Assembly: GCA_900542425.1 (NCBI GenBank)
Contig: UQNQ01000002.1
Coordinates: forward strand, 111,483-175,482
DNA from: an uncultured Eubacteriales bacterium
GTDB taxonomy: Bacteria > Bacillota > Clostridia > Oscillospirales > CAG-272
Length of the DNA: 64,000 nucleotides
Direction: 5' to 3'
The translations under genes and the position numbers were made by a program. Under the pieces are notes generated by a model. It had not been told where the DNA came from. It saw only the letters and a list, made by a program, of their open reading frames with translations, and made no database searches. This document shows positions 18,948-28,146 of the stretch, piece after piece. Numbering within the stretch: the first letter of the stretch is position 1; each line of letters starts with the position of its first letter.

Positions 18948-21139
18948 AAAAATTCTGGCAAAAAATCAAAGCCCTTTTCACCAAAAGCGACGTTGAAAAA
19001 ACGTCCCTCCAAAAGACCGCAAAAGTCTCTATTCTTCTCGGCTGCGTTCTGCTCGTCGGGGTGATTGTTTATTTCGCGGTAATCGCCCCGCTTATCGAAG
19101 CAGAGGAACACCCTATTCCGGATTTATATGAAGGAGAAGTATATCAAAACAATTCCATCTATATTCTCCGTCAATATGACCGTTCGGAAATCAAATCGGT
19201 GGAAATCAAAAACAAAAACGAGCATTATAAGTTAACCTCCTATGAAGAAAACGGAAGCATTTTATTTAATATAGAAGGGAGCGAACATATCACGCTCTCT
19301 TATGAAAGCGTAGCAAGTCTTCTCGGAGATGTGCGAGTACTTGTCACCAATTCTCCGGCAGGTCAGGACCGTGTACTCGAAACAGCAACGGAAGAAGACC
19401 TTCGGCACTACGGACTTGATGAAGCGTCTGACCCTTCATGGTTTGAAGTTACCCTGAACGACGGAACCTCTTATCGGATTTATATCGGAAACGCACTTAC
19501 CACCTCATCCGGATATTACGTCCGTTTGGAAGGCCGAAAAAATGTTGTGACAAATGAAGACGGCTCTAAAACCGAATATGATATTGTATATGCACTTCAA
19601 TCGGGACTTGGCAACACTGTGCTTGCCGACAGCGCTTTTCTTGTTTCAACAGAGCTTGCGCCTCCTTATGGAAACGATATTTACAATACCTCTAATTTCT
19701 CTATCATGAGATACGGTTCCGATGGAACACGGCGTGTTATCGTTCAGGTAGGACTCGCCGAGGAAGAGGGAATTTCCGCCGCAAGCCAAATTTATGAAAT
19801 GCTCTATCCGAAATCCTATATTATCAATGAGTCTGCTTATTCAGACACCGTTTTGACCGAACTTTACAACGTACAAGCGGAAAGTATCGTCGCTTACGGA
19901 GAATCGATTTACAGCCCGGAAGTATACGAGAAATACGGACTGGACATCGACAAAGACAGACTTGAAAAGATGGAAGACAACAATTATGCACTTCTGCTCT
20001 TTAACTGTGCAGACCCGGAAGCAGAAAATTACGATGAGCTGGCATCGCTTCTCTATTTCAGCAAAAAATTCACTGATCTCGACGGAAAAGATTACTATTA
20101 CGTATATGCTCCCGCATATGAAGTCATCGGAAAGGTAAGCGCCGAGACGTTCGCTTTTATTGAATGGGATGTCGCAAATTATACAAACCCGTATATGTAT
20201 TACGAGTACTTCACCAGTGTCGAATACATGGAGCTGATCTCGGAACGTGACGGTATCGATCTGCGTTTTACACTCTCCGGCAAAGAGAGAAAACGTCATG
20301 TTGACGTCACCGAATCAGGAGATAACGGCGCAATCGTTTACAGAATAACTGACGAGGGTGCAAAAATACCGCTTGTTTATGATGTATCTTACAAAACAGT
20401 GGGAAGCAGTATTCAATTTGAGGGTGAATTTGAGATTTTCCGCGATCTTTATTATGTTCTGATCACAAGAAAGCTCGCTCTTTATGCGGACATAGATGAA
20501 GAAATGACAAGCGTCGATTCTGCGCCTTCCCGAATTGTCCGTGTAAAAACATTGCCGAAAGATCACAGCATTTCCTATTATCAATACAATTCAAACGGTA
20601 TAAAAGGCGAACAGCTTCATGATCAAGGAGGCAATATTCTTTGTCACAATGTCGTAGTAACAACAACGTTATCGGATGGGACCACACGAGATGTTACCTA
20701 TGACAAAGCTTATTATGATGAGGATGCCAACCGGTTTTTCCTGAAATCGGTCGACTCGAATGACGGCGTCGAAAAGCCAAGCGGCTTTGAAGGTGACGAA
20801 GATGGTCTTGTCAAGGTCACGGTTTTTCTTCCCGACACTGCACGTGGAGAATATGAAGAAACCATTTATGAGTATGAAATATACGACTTATATGACGAAT
20901 ACACGGATATCGACGGTAATGTCGTAAAGCAGCTGAATCCGACATATATGTATATCATACCGACCATTACGACCAACACCTATCAGCTTTACGCAGGCGG
21001 TGAAAAAGTTCTTCTGGAATCCATATCCGAAAAGGCCGAAGAAGGTGTTTATATTCGTACTGCCACAATTGATAAGCTATTTTCTGATACCAATAAGCTT
21101 CTTGCAGGTGAGGAAATTGATACAATGGGTGTAAATTGA
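18944..21139 (+). CDS. DUF4340-like large membrane-anchored protein
   Basis: Start at MKKFWQK, overlapping the previous stop (ATGA). A single N-terminal TM helix is followed by about 700 aa of extracytoplasmic sequence. The pairing with a GldG-like gene is typical. Confidence 0.6.
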   Translation: MKKFWQKIKALFTKSDVEKTSLQKTAKVSILLGCVLLVGVIVYFAVIAPLIEAEEHPIPDLYEGEVYQNNSIYILRQYDRSEIKSVEIKNKNEHYKLTSYEENGSILFNIEGSEHITLSYESVASLLGDVRVLVTNSPAGQDRVLETATEEDLRHYGLDEASDPSWFEVTLNDGTSYRIYIGNALTTSSGYYVRLEGRKNVVTNEDGSKTEYDIVYALQSGLGNTVLADSAFLVSTELAPPYGNDIYNTSNFSIMRYGSDGTRRVIVQVGLAEEEGISAASQIYEMLYPKSYIINESAYSDTVLTELYNVQAESIVAYGESIYSPEVYEKYGLDIDKDRLEKMEDNNYALLLFNCADPEAENYDELASLLYFSKKFTDLDGKDYYYVYAPAYEVIGKVSAETFAFIEWDVANYTNPYMYYEYFTSVEYMELISERDGIDLRFTLSGKERKRHVDVTESGDNGAIVYRITDEGAKIPLVYDVSYKTVGSSIQFEGEFEIFRDLYYVLITRKLALYADIDEEMTSVDSAPSRIVRVKTLPKDHSISYYQYNSNGIKGEQLHDQGGNILCHNVVVTTTLSDGTTRDVTYDKAYYDEDANRFFLKSVDSNDGVEKPSGFEGDEDGLVKVTVFLPDTARGEYEETIYEYEIYDLYDEYTDIDGNVVKQLNPTYMYIIPTITTNTYQLYAGGEKVLLESISEKAEEGVYIRTATIDKLFSDTNKLLAGEEIDTMGVN

Positions 21140-21167
21140 TAGAATTTTTCTGAATTCTATGAAACCG

Positions 21168-21199
21168 AAACGGACAGCATATGCTGTCCGTTTTTATTT
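21168..21199 (+). terminator. intrinsic terminator after the DUF4340-like gene
   Basis: Palindrome aaacggacagcat / atgctgtccgttt followed by tttttattt. Confidence 0.8.
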
Positions 21200-21220
21200 G
21201 AAAAATAGATTCATGCTGAG

Positions 21221-21257
21221 AAAAAACAGCCACCGGTATGGCCGGTGGCTGTTTTTT
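21221..21257. terminator. bidirectional terminator hairpin
   Basis: Stem acagccaccgg / ccggtggctgt flanked by A6 and T6 runs. It abuts the stop of the minus-strand DUF3794-LysM gene. Confidence 0.75.
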
Positions 21258-22866
21258 ATATGACTTTGCTGTATTTCGGAGCACCTGCGCCGCGTTTCGG
21301 AATCACCAGCACACTCGGAACGGCATCAGCCGGAATGCCGTTTGCCGCCATGATTTCCGGAATGGTGGTTCGATATTTTTTAGCAATATCCCAAAGCGTA
21401 TCATCTGCAGTCGGATAATACAGCGTCAGCGACGCAGCGTTTCCGTGTTCTACCGGCTCATCTTTGTAAATATTGCTTTGACGAATCATCTCTTGCGAAT
21501 GTTTTTCAAAAATCACATACGGAATAAAAATCTCCAAATCGCTGTAAATGTTGCTCTCATCCAACCTGCTTGAAGCGGACATCACAAATGCACTTGCCAA
21601 AAAGTCAAAAGAATCCGGCGTACGTCCCGCATCTGTCTGTGCTCGGAAAGGAATGGTATAATTGCGGCTCATATAAACACCCGCGCCGTTCGTAAGAATC
21701 ACCGAAACGTCTGCATTCCCCGTAAAAATCAATTTTCCTGACTGTTTTTCAACATTTTCTACCGAGGCTGTCGCTGTTGTTGCGACGATTTCATCAAAAT
21801 CCGTATCCTCTCGGGGTGTACTGCCGTCCGCGGTAAAATTAAAGGCCTTTGCATAAAGTACCGTTTCATATTCCAGCGTTTCGGTTTCCTCCGTGCTTTG
21901 ATAGTCGGTTGAATACATGTCTGTGGTAATCTCGTTTTCCTCATTGCAGAAAATTCTGGCAAATACACTATAGTCAAAATCAAGTTCGACGGTACGGCTT
22001 TCTCCGAAATTATTTTCCTGCGGACGGAATTCGAGATTGTCGGTACGGACAGAAGCAATGGGTACGCAGTTTTCTGTCACGCCTTGTGCATCGATTTCTC
22101 CGGAAATCGGAATCTTTCTGGAAAACGCTACATACTTCGGAGGATTTTCCGGCTCTATGTCGTCAGGGAATTCCGTTTTTGCAAGGTATAGAATGTTGGC
22201 AACGATATCGCCTTTATAAGACACCTTGTTCTCGCCTGAACGTATATCGCTGATATACGGATCCAATTCCACCGCGATAATATCCTCAATTGCGGGCATG
22301 GAAGCATCGATTTCAAGATCCTCGCTGACGGGAGTCGCAAGCTCTTCCGCGTCAAGTTCATAAATGCTTTCAATGGCACGGCTGCGATACTGCAGCATTG
22401 CTTCTTCATCTGGAGTAAGTTTCCCCGATACGGCAGGCACTGTGGAAGCACGGCACATAACGGAAGCTTTGGCATCGATTTTAGCCTTTGCCGTCAGTTT
22501 GCGGGGATTCTGAAGTCTGCAGGAGACATTGGAAATTCCCGGATCAAATAAAATATCACAGTCGCCGGAAGCCCCGGAAATGCCCATATTCCCGGAGAAA
22601 TCCGTGTCAAAATCCGCACTTCTGATTTTTCCGTCGCTGGTAGCATAGATAATAGCAAATTTGACTTTCCCGTCATATTCCAACGTATCCCCGGATAGAT
22701 ATTTGCTGCTTTCACCGATTTTTGCACTGACCTTCAGAAGCCTGTTGATATCCGGAAGATAGTCCGGCAGGTTATATTCGGTTGAGACTTCCTTTGTGGA
22801 GGTGCCTTCATAGGTTTTTGTCAGGACGCTGTGTCCCGTATCATTTTCGCTGTTTTGCATAAACAT
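21256..22866 (-). CDS. DUF3794 (SPOCS) domain protein with C-terminal LysM domain, spore coat/cortex-associated type
   Basis: The C-terminal LysM is LTLYYPTADDTLWDIAKKYRTTIPEIMAANGI. The long N-terminal region resembles clostridial DUF3794 proteins. Start uncertain among ATGs at 22872, 22866 and 22860. I chose 22866 because it lies 6 nt after AGGA. Confidence 0.65.
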   Translation of the reverse strand: MFMQNSENDTGHSVLTKTYEGTSTKEVSTEYNLPDYLPDINRLLKVSAKIGESSKYLSGDTLEYDGKVKFAIIYATSDGKIRSADFDTDFSGNMGISGASGDCDILFDPGISNVSCRLQNPRKLTAKAKIDAKASVMCRASTVPAVSGKLTPDEEAMLQYRSRAIESIYELDAEELATPVSEDLEIDASMPAIEDIIAVELDPYISDIRSGENKVSYKGDIVANILYLAKTEFPDDIEPENPPKYVAFSRKIPISGEIDAQGVTENCVPIASVRTDNLEFRPQENNFGESRTVELDFDYSVFARIFCNEENEITTDMYSTDYQSTEETETLEYETVLYAKAFNFTADGSTPREDTDFDEIVATTATASVENVEKQSGKLIFTGNADVSVILTNGAGVYMSRNYTIPFRAQTDAGRTPDSFDFLASAFVMSASSRLDESNIYSDLEIFIPYVIFEKHSQEMIRQSNIYKDEPVEHGNAASLTLYYPTADDTLWDIAKKYRTTIPEIMAANGIPADAVPSVLVIPKRGAGAPKYSKVI

Positions 22867-23057
22867 ATCCATTCCTGCTTTCTCGGCGAAATATCGTAGC
22901 CGCCGGTCCTCGCCGCAGACAAAGGCGGATTTTATTTGATTCAAATTTATTCACAAAACTCCGGTTTTATGACTGGGATACGGAATTTTACGTTTAGGAA
23001 TCCAAAAAACGGCGGAAAAAATGGGAAAATCCAATCACAGATCGCCGAAGCTCGTTC

Positions 23058-23750
23058 TCAAAATGGAGAATGCGACAAATATTTACTGATTTTTTCAAGA
23101 GCAGCCTTTTCGATTCGAGACACATAGGAGCGCGAAATACCGAGCTTTGCCGCCGTTTCCCGTTGCGTAATGGCGGGAGCGCCGCCGAGTCCATAGCGCA
23201 TGATGATAATCTGACGTTCCCGCGGTTCCAAAATATTGTTGACAATTTCAAGCGCCCGACGGCTTTTAAATTTCAGATCAAGATCCTCGGCAATGGTATC
23301 ATCTACGCTGATGATATCAATGTATGTCAACGGATTTCCATCTTTATCGGTATCAATGGTTTCATTAATAGATACTTCACAGGCGCTTTTTTTCTGAGAA
23401 CGAAAATACATCAGAATTTCATTTTGAAGGCATTTGCTGGCATAGGTAGCAAATCTTGCGCCATTGGTAATATCAAAAGAATCAATTGCCTTAATCAAAC
23501 CGATCGTTCCTACAGAAATCAAATCATCCTGATTTTTGTTGGATGTATAGTATTTTTTCACAATATGCGCTACAAGCCTTAGATTATGTTCGATTAATTT
23601 TTCCCGGGCTTTCATATCTCCTTGCTGCATTTTCCGAAAACATTCCGCCTCCTCTGACGGCGACAACGGCGGCGGAAAACTCTGCGAATACGACACCTTG
23701 AGGAATAAATAAAGAATATTTGACATGAGCCATGATAGAAAATAGGACAT
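23058..23750 (-). CDS. sigK: sporulation sigma factor K (pro-sigma-K), uninterrupted
   Basis: Contains the pro-sequence and the FPPPLS...LIEHNLRLVAHIVKKY and ISRSYVSRIEKAAL motifs. These are closer to B. subtilis SigK than to SigE (from memory). No intervening element is present. Confidence 0.85.
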   Translation of the reverse strand: MSYFLSWLMSNILYLFLKVSYSQSFPPPLSPSEEAECFRKMQQGDMKAREKLIEHNLRLVAHIVKKYYTSNKNQDDLISVGTIGLIKAIDSFDITNGARFATYASKCLQNEILMYFRSQKKSACEVSINETIDTDKDGNPLTYIDIISVDDTIAEDLDLKFKSRRALEIVNNILEPRERQIIIMRYGLGGAPAITQRETAAKLGISRSYVSRIEKAALEKISKYLSHSPF

Positions 23751-23866
23751 GATGACCTCCGAGAACCGTCAATGATAACCTGTGGAAAAAGCTCCAGGCG
23801 GGTTTCGTCTGACGGGTTTCTTCTATCATATATATTCAGCAAAAACGAAACCTTGCGTATTTTCTA

Positions 23867-23895
23867 TTGCATATACGAATATTTTTGTGTATAAT
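23867..23895 (+). promoter_or_regulatory. possible sigma-A type promoter for the DUF2500 gene
   Basis: TTGCAT-N17-TATAAT, 30 nt upstream of the GTG start. Confidence 0.4.
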
Positions 23896-23925
23896 AAAAT
23901 CGTATCGGAAAAGGAGGTGGCTTTC

Positions 23926-24297
23926 GTGATTACGGAATTTATGGGTGCAGTAATCCCCGTTTTTGTTTTATTCATGTTTGTGTTTGTATTCGGGGTAATT
24001 TTGTTTACCATCATCAAATCGCTTTCTCAAAGCCGCAAAAATGCTGCAAGTCCCCGAATCTCAGCACCGGCGACACTCGTATCCAAGCGATATTCTGTCC
24101 GTGTTCATAACTCCGGCTCGAACGACACAGGACTGAATCACGCTTATAATCACTATTACATGACGTTTGAATTTGAAAGCGGTGACCGAATGGAATTTTC
24201 TGTGCCGTCTGATATCTATGGGCTTTCCGCAGAAGGTGACAAGGGAAAGCTTTTGTTTCAGGGAACAAGCTTTATCCGTTTTGAACGTGAATCATAG
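23926..24297 (+). CDS. DUF2500-like small membrane-anchored protein
   Basis: GTG start 8 nt after AAGGAGG. An N-terminal TM helix is followed by a soluble domain of about 90 aa. The ORF-track start at 23782 has no RBS. Confidence 0.6.
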   Translation: MITEFMGAVIPVFVLFMFVFVFGVILFTIIKSLSQSRKNAASPRISAPATLVSKRYSVRVHNSGSNDTGLNHAYNHYYMTFEFESGDRMEFSVPSDIYGLSAEGDKGKLLFQGTSFIRFERES

Positions 24298-24335
24298 ACG
24301 CATTCCCTTGACTAGTTGGCTCCGGAGGACAAACC

Positions 24336-25301
24336 ATGAATGATTTTAACGAACGGATATTCAAATATGCCATTGTGGATATCGGTGCAAACAGTGTTCG
24401 GATGAATCTATATGATATTGATACAAAAACAGGCGCTTTTTCTGTTTTTTCATCCGCACGTAGCATGCTCGGACTTGCCGCATATGTAAAAGACGGTGAG
24501 CTGACGCCGGATGGCTCGGGAAAATTATTCGCTGTATTACGTGAATTTTTAGCCAGAGCAAACAGCATTCCGTGTGATGGTTTTTTCGCGTTTGCGACCG
24601 CGTCTTTGCGCGGACTTTCCAACAGCGAAGCGATTCTCCGCACCGTTAAGGAAAAACTCGGCATCGGAATTGAAATCATCAGCGGAGAAACGGAAACATT
24701 GTATGATTTTACGGCGATTCGGCATCGGTTTCCGGATGGAGTGCGGGGAACTTTACTGGATATGGGAGGCGGAAGTACGGAGATCGCGGTTTTTGAAGGA
24801 GATAGAATTCTCGCGTCGGAATCCCTCTCTATCGGATGTGTACGACTGATGAAATATTTTACCGATGTGACAAAACGAGATCCTTTCCCGAGTCCAGAAG
24901 AATTAGAGGAAATTCGTAAATATGTGCGGGAAACCATTTCCGCTTGTCCGAAATTTCGGAAGGTTGGCGGCGAAGCATATTTTATCGGAGGTACGGCACG
25001 GGCAGCGGCAAGACTTTATGCCGCTGACATCGCCGCTGTAACAGACGGATTTACCATTCCTATAGAGGAACTGCAAAAAACAGCGGACGCCGCAATATGC
25101 GACGCCCGCAAAGGAGGAAAGTGGCTTCGGAGTGTTGTGCCGGATCGGGTAACAACCATTCTTCCCGGCCTTTATGCTTATCTTGAAATTGCTTCCTATA
25201 TGGATTTGTCCGGATTTACACTGAGTACAGCCGGTGTCAGGGAGGGATATTTAATCCGTTTTATTCAGAAAATGCTTCCCCGAAAATTTCAAGAAATTTA
25301 A
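24336..25301 (+). CDS. Ppx/GppA family phosphatase (exopolyphosphatase-like)
   Basis: N-terminal YAIVDIGANSVRM and LDMGGGSTE actin-fold ATPase motifs. Length is 321 aa. Confidence 0.85.
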   Translation: MNDFNERIFKYAIVDIGANSVRMNLYDIDTKTGAFSVFSSARSMLGLAAYVKDGELTPDGSGKLFAVLREFLARANSIPCDGFFAFATASLRGLSNSEAILRTVKEKLGIGIEIISGETETLYDFTAIRHRFPDGVRGTLLDMGGGSTEIAVFEGDRILASESLSIGCVRLMKYFTDVTKRDPFPSPEELEEIRKYVRETISACPKFRKVGGEAYFIGGTARAAARLYAADIAAVTDGFTIPIEELQKTADAAICDARKGGKWLRSVVPDRVTTILPGLYAYLEIASYMDLSGFTLSTAGVREGYLIRFIQKMLPRKFQEI

Positions 25302-25857
25302 ATTTGATTTTATATTTCGGGCTTTCGCCGTTCGTGAGAATTTCAATCTGTTCCGGCGAAAAGCCCGTTTTGATTAAAGATTCTTCGGTCTTTGCCACAT
25401 TGGTACAAAGTGCCGGATACAGAACGCACCACCAGTTTTTTCCTTCAGCAGAACCGAGTTTAATCCGCAAAGATTCATAGACACCGGCGGGCAGACTCAT
25501 GGTTTCGTAATTGCGTGTCGGATACTTTTCTTCCGACAAAATAACGGTTGCCGTATAGGTCTCTCCGAGAGATGCAAGCGTATCGTTGCATACTTCTCGG
25601 ATTCTATCAAGATTCTCCGAAATGACAGAAACAGCATCTTCCGGGTTTTCCGCATCTGAAAGAAGAGTTTCCATTTCCGCAAGTACGGCATCTCGCACGG
25701 TAAGTTTCACACTTTGGTCATGTTCGCTGTCCGAATTGGCGAGCACATGCAATCGAACGGTATTTTCATAGATGATACGATCGGATTCTGTCGGAATAAA
25801 GCCGCAAAACAGGCAGCAGGCAAGGACAAGACAGGTAAAGGTTACGAGATATTTCAT
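25261..25857 (-). CDS. spoIIR: stage II sporulation protein R
   Basis: Signal/TM N-terminus followed by the VRLHVLANSDSEHDQ motif typical of SpoIIR. The 3' end overlaps the ppx 3' end by 41 nt. Confidence 0.85.
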   Translation of the reverse strand: MKYLVTFTCLVLACCLFCGFIPTESDRIIYENTVRLHVLANSDSEHDQSVKLTVRDAVLAEMETLLSDAENPEDAVSVISENLDRIREVCNDTLASLGETYTATVILSEEKYPTRNYETMSLPAGVYESLRIKLGSAEGKNWWCVLYPALCTNVAKTEESLIKTGFSPEQIEILTNGESPKYKIKFKFLEIFGEAFSE

Positions 25858-25933
25858 AAATTTTGAACCTCCGGATTCAAAGAAGCACCAAGTCGGAAGC
25901 TTCTATGTAAATTTTTTGTTTATGCTTGTAGTA

Positions 25934-25985
25934 TTCCACCGTTTTCCTGATTTATTCAGGATGGTGGAAATTTTTTCCTGTTTTT
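25934..25985 (+). terminator. plus-strand intrinsic terminator located just upstream of the spoIIR start
   Basis: Nested stem ttccacc...tcctga / tcagga...ggtggaa followed by attttttcctgtttttt. No T-run follows the stem on the minus strand. Confidence 0.6.
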
Positions 25986-26090
25986 TAATTTTGAATTTGT
26001 CTTTCACGATACCGGCGATATGTCATAGAAAGCATTGATATAACGAATTCGAAAAACGGATAAATTTCTGTTCCGCTGCAAAGAAATAAG

Positions 26091-26141
26091 AGAAAAAAGC
26101 AACTCCGGCGTCCAAGAAAGGACACCGGAGAATGCTTTTTT
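26091..26141. terminator. bidirectional terminator, serving the SASP gene on the minus strand
   Basis: Stem ctccggcgtcc / ggacaccggag with one mismatch. T-runs follow on both strands. Confidence 0.65.
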
Positions 26142-26193
26142 GAACAATCAAAATCTTTATAATACTATTGTAAAAACAGCTTATAAAATCCGA

Positions 26194-26394
26194 TTATTTT
26201 GTTTTGATGGAGTTCTCATAGGATTCGATCATCTTTTTAACCATCTGACCGCCTACAGAACCAGCCTGCTTAGAGGTAAGGTCACCGTTGTAACCCTGTT
26301 TCAGGTTAACACCGACTTCGCTCGCAGCCTCCATTTTAAATCTGTCGAGAGCTTCTTTTGCTTCAGGAACAAGCTTTTTGTTGCTACTTGCCAT
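26194..26394 (-). CDS. alpha/beta-type small acid-soluble spore protein
   Basis: 66 aa. EALDRFKMEAASEVGV and the GGQMVKKMIE-type motif are characteristic of the family. A GAGGAGA RBS precedes the start. Confidence 0.9.
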   Translation of the reverse strand: MASSNKKLVPEAKEALDRFKMEAASEVGVNLKQGYNGDLTSKQAGSVGGQMVKKMIESYENSIKTK

Positions 26395-27028
26395 TTTAAA
26401 TTCTCCTCAAATTTATTCAATCAAATTGAATTGTAAGAACAGCGTGTATTTGCGTATCCGCTATCTTGGAGCATCTGCAAAACAGATTCTGCAAAAAAGC
26501 ATACCGCCCACACATCTGTTGTTATAACACGCGAAGAATATTTTCTCCGCAGAGCGCGTGCGTTTGGTTTGCCGCCGCGTTCTGATATTATTATAAACTT
26601 TCATCCCCGTTTTATAAGTGGCAATTTTTTCAGTTTTTTTAACCTTATACTGGATTTTGGATTTAACTAAAACGTAGTGCAAAAATAAGCGCATTGCTGT
26701 CCGCAACAACATAACACCTTGATTTGAATAAAATCTCAGAACTTTTTTGAACTTCTCCTGCGAAATTTCTTTTGTTTGTTAAAACCCTTGTTCAAGCGAC
26801 TTCTCTCCTTTTATGAAAAAGATAATATATACACAGAAAAACTAAAAAAATGATGACACCTATGTCCCGTTAACTTTCTTTAATACAATAAAAATATTTT
26901 GAAAAACTCTTCGAAAAAGGACAAATATATACAGTAAAATCAATGTCTCGAACTCGTCTATACGACACAACCCATTTCACCATAACTTATCTTTGCTTAT
27001 CATTCCCGAAAATAGGGCAAAACATTTT

Positions 27029-27076
27029 GAAAAAAGATAGGAGCCTAAAGTTTCTCGCTTTAGGCTCCTGTTTTTT
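27029..27076. terminator. bidirectional hairpin terminator with no assigned plus-strand gene
   Basis: 12-bp stem aggagcctaaag / ctttaggctcct, with an A-run before it and a T6 run after it. Confidence 0.6.
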
Positions 27077-27079
27077 CAG

Positions 27080-27116
27080 TAAAAATGCAAAAGTCCTTTC
27101 TCAAAGAGAAAGGACT
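27080..27116 (-). terminator. intrinsic terminator after rpmB
   Basis: Stem agtcctttctc / gagaaaggact. The minus strand continues with tttgcattttt. Confidence 0.75.
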
Positions 27117-27142
27117 TAACATCACCGGTCACAGAATGAAAA

Positions 27143-27328
27143 TCAGGCTCTTTCAACCTTGCCTGCGCGCAGACAACGTGAACAAACCGCAACGGTTTTA
27201 TGGGTTCCGTTTACGACGGCACTGACCTTTCTGATATTGGGCTTCCAGGTTCTGCTTGTTTTGCGGTTGGAATGGGAAACATTATTGCCGAACGTAACAC
27301 CCTTTCCGCAGTACATACATTTTGCCAT
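27143..27328 (-). CDS. rpmB: 50S ribosomal protein L28
   Basis: MAKCMYCGKGVTFGNNVSHSNRKTSRTWKPN... is typical L28. A GGGAGGTG RBS lies 6 nt upstream of this ATG. Confidence 0.95.
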   Translation of the reverse strand: MAKCMYCGKGVTFGNNVSHSNRKTSRTWKPNIRKVSAVVNGTHKTVAVCSRCLRAGKVERA

Positions 27329-27413
27329 ATCCTGCACCTCCCTCGAATATTTGGACTATCTCAAACAAACAAAATGACCTCTGTTTATGAGTTGCTATAA
27401 TACAGTAAGTTTT

Positions 27414-27442
27414 ATTATATCATAGCTTTTCAAAAAAATCAA
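27414..27442 (-). promoter_or_regulatory. sigma-A type promoter for rpmB
   Basis: The minus strand reads TTGATT-N17-TATAAT with an extended -10 (TGATATAAT). Confidence 0.65.
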
Positions 27443-27471
27443 GCCTTTTTTCTTTCTTTGATAAAGAATTA

Positions 27472-28146
27472 TCAAAAACCTACCGGAACTTGTGAATTTT
27501 CTGGGAAATAAGCTTCCAAGCGGTGAATAGGAACACCCTTTGCCGTAAAACTGGCTTCATATTCTGTCATAATATTGCCTGATGCCCATTCACTTCCATG
27601 CAAATCATGGGTAATATTACGCAGCGAAAATCCCGCCGCTTCAAATTCCGGAATAGAAAACTCAAAAAGCTCGGCATTATCCGTTTTAAATTCTACAGCA
27701 CCGCCCGGCTCCATCAGTGAAGCAATCCGAAGCAAAGATTCACGGTAGGTAAGCCGGCGTTTCATATGACGGGCCTTAGGCCATGGATCACAGAAATTGA
27801 GATAAATACGCCGAGCAAAATGAATCGGAAGCAGGCGCGGCAAATACTCTGCATCACAGCATAAAAATCTGATATTTTGAAGGTTTGCCTTTTTTGCTTT
27901 TTCAGCGGCAAGCAAAATAACGTCTCCTACTCGTTCAACAGCAAGAAAGCCAACATCCGGATGCTTTTCTGCAAGTGTTGTGATAAACGCGCCTTTACCG
28001 CAGCCGATTTCAAGTCTGAATTCCGTTTTACCGGGAAATAAGCTTTCAAGAGGAATCGGCGCTGGTGTCTCCTTATCAAAAGGAAGCAGAAGTTCTCCCA
28101 AAGCCGCTCTTCTGATATCGCCGTTTTTTCGTTTTCGTACCCGCAT
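27472..28146 (-). CDS. trmB: tRNA (guanine-N7)-methyltransferase
   Basis: SAM-binding LEIGCGKGAF and the TrmB-typical FCDPWPK motif. Start set at MRVRKRK, after AGGTGA. Confidence 0.9.
   Translation of the reverse strand: MRVRKRKNGDIRRAALGELLLPFDKETPAPIPLESLFPGKTEFRLEIGCGKGAFITTLAEKHPDVGFLAVERVGDVILLAAEKAKKANLQNIRFLCCDAEYLPRLLPIHFARRIYLNFCDPWPKARHMKRRLTYRESLLRIASLMEPGGAVEFKTDNAELFEFSIPEFEAAGFSLRNITHDLHGSEWASGNIMTEYEASFTAKGVPIHRLEAYFPENSQVPVGF

Noticed and set aside
23058-23750. A sigK intervening (skin-like) element or split sigK.
   Set aside because: The ORF is continuous, 230 aa from the pro-sequence through region 4.2. No recombinase gene or insertion is present.
25772-26038. 88-aa plus-strand ORF overlapping the spoIIR start and running through the plus-strand terminator.
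   Set aside because: It overlaps the spoIIR N-terminus in antisense and runs through the hairpin at 25934-25985. It has no RBS, so it is most likely spurious.
26395-26480. Sporulation sigma-factor promoters: sigma-G for the SASP gene, sigma-F for spoIIR, and sigma-E/K for sigK, yqfC and the DUF3794 gene.
   Set aside because: I looked for GHATR-N17/18-CATXHTA and related consensus elements in the upstream regions. I could not find matches good enough to report coordinates. They very likely exist but need a position-weight-matrix scan or TSS data.
26461-26712. 83-aa minus-strand ORF in the SASP-rpmB spacer.
   Set aside because: The composition is highly basic and Cys-rich, there is no RBS and there are no motifs. 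I treat it as non-coding. The region is reported as an unexplained gap instead.
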